Source: a virus (Duplodnaviria > Caudoviricetes). From it: 64,000 nt of DNA. Location of the stretch: positions 86,989 to 150,988 of the IMG/VR virus record IMGVR_UViG_3300014205_000180. One strand, given 5' to 3'. Below, piece after piece: positions 59,008 through 64,000 of the stretch. The position numbers and the translations under genes were made by a program. Every line of letters starts with the position of its first letter. Position 1 is the first letter of the stretch. Under the pieces are notes generated by a model. The model did not search any database, had not been told where the DNA came from, and saw nothing but the letters and a program-made list of their open reading frames with translations.

Positions 59008-59035
59008 CTTTAACAATATTCAAACGGAATCTTGA

Positions 59036-60955
59036 TCAGAAATACTGTTTTTTATTTTTTGTAGGCAATAGTGCTCTTTTCTTATCAACCATATCAGCAG
59101 TCAATCCACCAAGCTGAGTTGTAAACTGCATTATTGTTTCTTCAACAGTTTTTTCGATAGTTGTCTCAGTAGTGGTCATAATCGGATACATCAAATTATG
59201 ACCACCCTTCTGGATTATTTCCTCTAAACTTATATCTATTTTATCATCCATTGAATCATTAATGCTCTGTGAACTCATTGGTAACAAACCATCAGGAGTT
59301 TGTAGGGCATCAATAATACCCATGCAAGCTAATCCAGCAGCTATAACCAAGTCGTCATTATTACCAGATCCAGGTTCATTTCCAACTCTACTATTACCAA
59401 GATGTATAAAGCAATTGAGTTCTCTAACAAGCCTAGACGATTTCATTTTAATTCCACGATCACCAACCCCAATACTTTCAGTTATTGATTTTACAATGTG
59501 TCCTTTAGTAGTTGGTCCAGTTGGAAATCCAGGTTTTTTATCTTTTTTACCATTAGATAATCTTCTATAAAACATATTCGGATAAAATAATTGGTTCTTC
59601 AAGTCTTGAACAACAGCTTCACCAATACCTGTTCTTTCCACAACTATTAACGCATCATTGTAAAATCTGCCGAGATAATCGAGCATTTTTGAAAATTCAT
59701 CAATCGGGCATTTAATTTTTAATTCTGCAACTTGTTCAGAATCAGTTACGTCAATTATTTCTGCAGCGTGAAAGTCTGTTGATTCACCGGTTGATACGTC
59801 AGCACCTATTGCGTATCTATGGCCACCATCTCCTGGCTTTATTATCCTATTAACAGTATCAGTAATAGCAGCAACTCTTCTGATAGGCATATTCCAAATC
59901 CATAAATGCTTATTGAAATTTAAAACATATTTGTCATTAAGATTAGGGTTCATATAAGTAATCGGTTTACTGATTACTTTAAAATTAGTATCAACTTCTT
60001 CTGATACTTTAGTGATAGCGTCTTTATCAAGTACAGTATTTCCGGCACCAATAAATTCCATCAATATTTCTTGTCTAAACTTCCAAGATTCTCCCTTTTC
60101 TTGAAGTTCTCTATATTGAGTTTCTAACCAAGGACTCTTAAATTCACCATATCTTGCTTTATCTTCTTCAGTTTCACATTTGACTATGTTATCGCATGGA
60201 GCGATTCTAACTTTACGCTTAGTAATATCATCAGTAAATTCAATAGACCAATTCATCTTAAACCATGGAATCTCTATAACCTTAAACGAATTCTTCCCTT
60301 CTTTAGCGTCTTCAATAGTATTAAAGTACCAACCACCACGTCCATTGGTTGTACTGATTACGATAACACTACCACCATGCATCAAAGTCGGTTGACCAGC
60401 AAGCCACATTGCTTCCATATCTGCAATGAATGCAGCCTCATCTATGATAACTAATGAAGCAGTATTAGAACGAAGAGTATCTTTTGAACTTGTTAAAGAC
60501 TTTATTTCTGAGCCTTGAAAGAAACCAACTGTATGTTCATTCCACAATTTAGGAGGAGCATATCTCTTGTTCATCCCAGAACGTGGATCACCAAAAACGC
60601 AATGGAATATTTCTGATGGTAGATTCTCGTAAACGAATTTTACGTTTCTATCAAGATAGCCAATAGCATCTTCATCTCTCTTGCTGACAATCAAAATTTT
60701 CTTGTTTGGATGGAACATTGCCACCCATAAAACATAAGCGCCAGTTAATGTAGAAATACCAGATTGACGGCATTTTAAATAAACTATTCTATCACTGCTT
60801 TGAAATTCTCTTACCGATTCTTTTTGATATTCAAATAGTTTAAATGGAATAATACCAGCATTTGGATGCTTAATTTTACAAAAGTTTTCACAAAAATATA
60901 AAAACGATTCTTTACATCTTCGTAATATTTCTTTCTTTTGTTCTTTTGTAATCAT
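59036..60955 (-). CDS. terL: terminase large subunit (T4 gp17-like)
   Basis: LFEYQ, KCRQSGIST (Walker A), IIDEAAFI (Walker B), ISTTNG, FRQE, GADVSTG, NDDLVIA. Confidence 0.96.
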   Translation of the reverse strand: MITKEQKKEILRRCKESFLYFCENFCKIKHPNAGIIPFKLFEYQKESVREFQSSDRIVYLKCRQSGISTLTGAYVLWVAMFHPNKKILIVSKRDEDAIGYLDRNVKFVYENLPSEIFHCVFGDPRSGMNKRYAPPKLWNEHTVGFFQGSEIKSLTSSKDTLRSNTASLVIIDEAAFIADMEAMWLAGQPTLMHGGSVIVISTTNGRGGWYFNTIEDAKEGKNSFKVIEIPWFKMNWSIEFTDDITKRKVRIAPCDNIVKCETEEDKARYGEFKSPWLETQYRELQEKGESWKFRQEILMEFIGAGNTVLDKDAITKVSEEVDTNFKVISKPITYMNPNLNDKYVLNFNKHLWIWNMPIRRVAAITDTVNRIIKPGDGGHRYAIGADVSTGESTDFHAAEIIDVTDSEQVAELKIKCPIDEFSKMLDYLGRFYNDALIVVERTGIGEAVVQDLKNQLFYPNMFYRRLSNGKKDKKPGFPTGPTTKGHIVKSITESIGVGDRGIKMKSSRLVRELNCFIHLGNSRVGNEPGSGNNDDLVIAAGLACMGIIDALQTPDGLLPMSSQSINDSMDDKIDISLEEIIQKGGHNLMYPIMTTTETTIEKTVEETIMQFTTQLGGLTADMVDKKRALLPTKNKKQYF

Positions 60956-60961
60956 CTAAAA

Positions 60962-61540
60962 TCATTTCTTAAGCAAATCATCAATTTCTTTTTGTGACAT
61001 CCCACTATCAGCGCCATCATCTGGATTAACAGCATTATTATTCTTTAAAGCAGCTAACAATTTTGCGACAGAATCCATCATATCCGCTCTTGTCTTTGTT
61101 ATATCAGCTTTGGTTTGCAATGTTGCAACTATTGCGGCAACATCTGATGCTCTATAATCATTAGCCTGTAATTTTGTGAATAATATACTATAAACATCAT
61201 TGCATTTATTTCTATCAGATTCTACATCTTCTATAATTCTTAATGCGCTATTACAATGAGTGTCAACTAAATCAATCAACTTATTGCGTATTTGCGCTCT
61301 TTTTTCTTCAAATTCATCAAACTTAACAACATCAGACACTTTTTGAACAGCAACTGACTTCAAATCTTCAAGAACAGGTTCTTCTGATTTTTGAGTTTCA
61401 ACAGGCTTATCAGCCTCAACAGGTTTATCGATAGGCTTATCAGCCTCAACAGGTTTATCGATAGGCTTTTGCTCGCCTTCAACTTTTTCTAACTCGTCCA
61501 TTAGGACTTTTAAATCTGGATCTAATTCTTTATCGGCCAT
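60962..61540 (-). CDS. hypothetical protein, possible terminase small subunit
   Basis: helical, directly upstream of terL; short DKPIDKPVEA tandem repeat. Confidence 0.4.
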   Translation of the reverse strand: MADKELDPDLKVLMDELEKVEGEQKPIDKPVEADKPIDKPVEADKPVETQKSEEPVLEDLKSVAVQKVSDVVKFDEFEEKRAQIRNKLIDLVDTHCNSALRIIEDVESDRNKCNDVYSILFTKLQANDYRASDVAAIVATLQTKADITKTRADMMDSVAKLLAALKNNNAVNPDDGADSGMSQKEIDDLLKK

Positions 61541-61550
61541 ATCCTATATA

Positions 61551-62141
61551 CTAACCAAATGAACAAATATCAATAGTATCTTTATCAGTATTAGTTTCTA
61601 TTTCTTTTAGTTCAGCACCGGTTGCAGAAAATTCAACAATCTTAAATCTATTATGACCATCACCATCAAAATATACCTTTACTTCCCTACTGCATCCAGC
61701 ATTACCAAGATGAGATAACACATGTACAAGATCCTTCAGACCTTGAGCAGTTGATTTATCTTTAGTAGTTATTTTAAAATTTAGCTCTATTTCTGGTTTA
61801 TCGGTTGATTCTTGAATAGTTTCTAATTTACCTTTAATAATATCTTTCATCTCAGAAAGACGCTCTATTTTAAATGGCGATCTTCCATCTGAAGAGATTG
61901 ATTCATCAATTAATAAATCTATAAATCCAATCATATCTTCATCAATAATTGGTTCACCACCTTTATAAAATTTAACAACATCCTCAGCGAATTTTTTCTT
62001 ATCTAATTCACTATTGCCAGGATCATTATCAGCAGTCTTTTTTACAGCAATTCTTCCTGCCATATCGACACCATCTGGAGAAACTTTTTTACCCCTTGTT
62101 TTCCTACGGACTCTTTCACGTACTGACTTAGGAATGGCCAT
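61551..62141 (-). CDS. hypothetical protein
   Basis: 196 aa; late-type box 4 nt upstream of ATG. Confidence 0.65.
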   Translation of the reverse strand: MAIPKSVRERVRRKTRGKKVSPDGVDMAGRIAVKKTADNDPGNSELDKKKFAEDVVKFYKGGEPIIDEDMIGFIDLLIDESISSDGRSPFKIERLSEMKDIIKGKLETIQESTDKPEIELNFKITTKDKSTAQGLKDLVHVLSHLGNAGCSREVKVYFDGDGHNRFKIVEFSATGAELKEIETNTDKDTIDICSFG

Positions 62142-62151
62142 AAACTATATT

Positions 62152-62907
62152 TTATTGATCATGATCAACATAAAAGAATTCTTCAGATTCACCAATATCA
62201 ACCTCTTTATGATCTTTAGTCTCAAGAAGATTAACTGTAAATTCATCTCTCCGTAATCGTAAAGTCTTAAAGAAATGGCTTATTATATTTCTATTCTTAC
62301 CACTATGCTTTTCTATCTTGGATATCAAACCATCATAAGGCTTATCATCGTTAAACCAGATATATTCTATTGAATTTAATATTTCAAGAAAGTCTTCATT
62401 GTAAATTAATATTTCTCTAGCTTCTTTTAACCATAGGTCAACATCTGCCGAATTTCTCAATTTAGTTTTTTGTCTTCTACTTAAAAAATCTCTATAATTA
62501 ACAACATTCTTTTTATCTCGTTTTTCCTTTTTCAAATAAGCGAGGATTCTAGTCTTACTAATCTGCGACCAAAGGTTGAATAATTTTGGCGACCCAGGTA
62601 ATGGATCATATTTATAAAGAGTTTTTTCAATTTGAACGTATGCTACTTGAAATAATTCTAAAGCTGATGAACTATCTCTATTTGGAAAAATATGTTCAAA
62701 ATTATGTGCTCTAATCACTTGCCTAATTAGTTCTTCTGAATGCTTCATTATTTCATCACGTAATTCAATATCAACACATCCACGTGCCACATATCTTTTT
62801 AATAAATCTTGTACTAATTCATTGTCAAAATAGTGATTTTTTGGTTTTACTTTAACTTCTGTTACTACAGGAATTTCTTCCTTAGGTTTCTTATCTAAGG
62901 TAGCCAT
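62152..62907 (-). CDS. T4 gp55-like late sigma factor
   Basis: KNHYFDN...HNF...KYDPLPGSPKLFNLWSQISKTRILAYLKKEKR recalls gp55 HYVNN..NF..FDPEKS.NPFAYFTQI....RRI.KEKK. Confidence 0.65.
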   Translation of the reverse strand: MATLDKKPKEEIPVVTEVKVKPKNHYFDNELVQDLLKRYVARGCVDIELRDEIMKHSEELIRQVIRAHNFEHIFPNRDSSSALELFQVAYVQIEKTLYKYDPLPGSPKLFNLWSQISKTRILAYLKKEKRDKKNVVNYRDFLSRRQKTKLRNSADVDLWLKEAREILIYNEDFLEILNSIEYIWFNDDKPYDGLISKIEKHSGKNRNIISHFFKTLRLRRDEFTVNLLETKDHKEVDIGESEEFFYVDHDQ

Positions 62908-62938
62908 ATATTATTTACGTTCATAATTAATTAACAAA

Positions 62939-64000
62939 TTATTTGCACATTTTGATTTTATATCTCCTTTTAATAAATTCCTCGCCAGACGTTTGTTTAT
63001 TACCATATATAATATTAACTGGATATTCCTTCAATCCGACTATAAATTTAAGTTGTTTTCTTGAGTGAGTTAATAAATAATAATTTCCAGTCATATAAAA
63101 CCCAAAAATTTTACTATATCCATTTTTTGTTTTTCTAACTGCTCTACCTATTATTTGGTCAAAATTCGATTCTTTTTTACCAGCACCTAAAACAATAACA
63201 TTATCTGTGCCGCCAGATAGGTCTAATCCTCTTTTCAAAATTTTACTGCCAATTAAAACTCTAATTTCTTTGTTTTCATATGCTCTTAAGGCTTTATTTC
63301 TTTTCGGTCTTGCTGTTTTTCCAGATATAAAGACCGATCCAGCTATTTTCTGTTCAAGAATAAGTCCGAATTCTTCTACAGCACCAGTATCAACCAAAAT
63401 TAAAAAATTCTCTTCGGGGAATGAATTTATAATTGTAATTATTTTTTTATGGAAAACATCATTATCAATCATTTCTCTTTTTTCAGCTACATCAAATGCT
63501 GTTTTATCAAGAGGATCTTCTTTACCAAACTGTAACATATAATATTTAATAGGCTGAATAGCTCCTATTTCAGTCATATCTTTTCTACTAGCAGTTGACA
63601 ATATTGATCCAAGTCTTTCTCTCAATATTAGTTTCTCTACAGGCTTATCTCTATCATATGGTGTTCCACTAAATCCATAAATGTACCTACCATTAAACCA
63701 ATTATTAAATAATGGAAGATAATATTTTGATGAAGCTTTATCAGCCTCATCTATCATTAATAATTCGCATTTACTAACTAGCTTTTGAATAAGTTGTGAT
63801 TTTTCAAATCTTGAATGATAACCTTTCATAGCAATCTCAAAATATTTAGCTTTAACAATTGGTTCGAACATTAATAATGATTTTTTAACACAATCTGCAA
63901 AATCACAGTCTCCCAATGGCTTTTTAAATATACTTATTTCTTCATCATCAAAATCTTCTAAAAGATGTTCATTAGCTAACATTACACCAAAAATTTCTAA
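62939..64000 (-). CDS. uvsW: UvsW-like SF2 helicase (N-terminus beyond the window)
   Basis: LMIDEAD, GFSGTP, RGLDL, QIIGRAVR; frame open to 64000. Confidence 0.85.
   Translation of the reverse strand, partial: LEIFGVMLANEHLLEDFDDEEISIFKKPLGDCDFADCVKKSLLMFEPIVKAKYFEIAMKGYHSRFEKSQLIQKLVSKCELLMIDEADKASSKYYLPLFNNWFNGRYIYGFSGTPYDRDKPVEKLILRERLGSILSTASRKDMTEIGAIQPIKYYMLQFGKEDPLDKTAFDVAEKREMIDNDVFHKKIITIINSFPEENFLILVDTGAVEEFGLILEQKIAGSVFISGKTARPKRNKALRAYENKEIRVLIGSKILKRGLDLSGGTDNVIVLGAGKKESNFDQIIGRAVRKTKNGYSKIFGFYMTGNYYLLTHSRKQLKFIVGLKEYPVNIIYGNKQTSGEEFIKRRYKIKMCK

Noticed and set aside
1-64000. Alternative genetic code (stop-codon reassignment) as in some large phages
   Set aside because: Core genes are full length in the standard code, and TAA, TAG and TGA all end genes
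1-64000. tRNA, rRNA, integrase, transposase or reverse transcriptase/DGR
   Set aside because: No such motifs or template/variable repeat pair recognised; intergenic space is minimal

Overview
This is 64 kb of an AT-rich, large T4-like (contractile-tailed) dsDNA phage genome in the standard genetic code, with almost all genes on the minus strand. Reading right to left it carries a UvsW-like helicase (cut by the window edge), a gp55-like late sigma factor, large terminase, portal, prohead core proteins, a gp21-like protease, scaffold and major capsid protein. These are followed by an HTH-nuclease-methyltransferase fusion, an accessory region, a tail/baseplate block (tape measure, tube initiator, gp53/LysM-like, gp19-like tube, hub), an adenosine deaminase, three free-standing LAGLIDADG endonucleases, and fibre-like virion proteins (collagen-like, dockerin). 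Interleaved is a large sugar-modification set: Gmd, a DegT/perosamine-synthase-like aminotransferase, an LbH acetyltransferase and about 8 glycosyltransferase-like genes. The strongest lead is a ~100-nt GC-rich leader (46510-46610) that can fold into a three-way junction mutually exclusive with an SD/AUG-sequestering hairpin, directly upstream of a protein with a Tad1-like (immune-signal sponge) domain; it is a candidate phage riboswitch controlling anti-defence. Other leads are a GDP-N-acylperosamine-type glycosylation system with a mucin-like protein and two secreted lectin-like proteins, a ~30-aa motif shared by four otherwise unrelated putative internal head proteins, two promoter-like boxes sitting mostly 4 nt before ATG (leaderless mRNAs), and GC-rich abundant-protein genes pointing to a GC-rich host. 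All family calls are from motif recognition by eye; no searches or folding programs were run.
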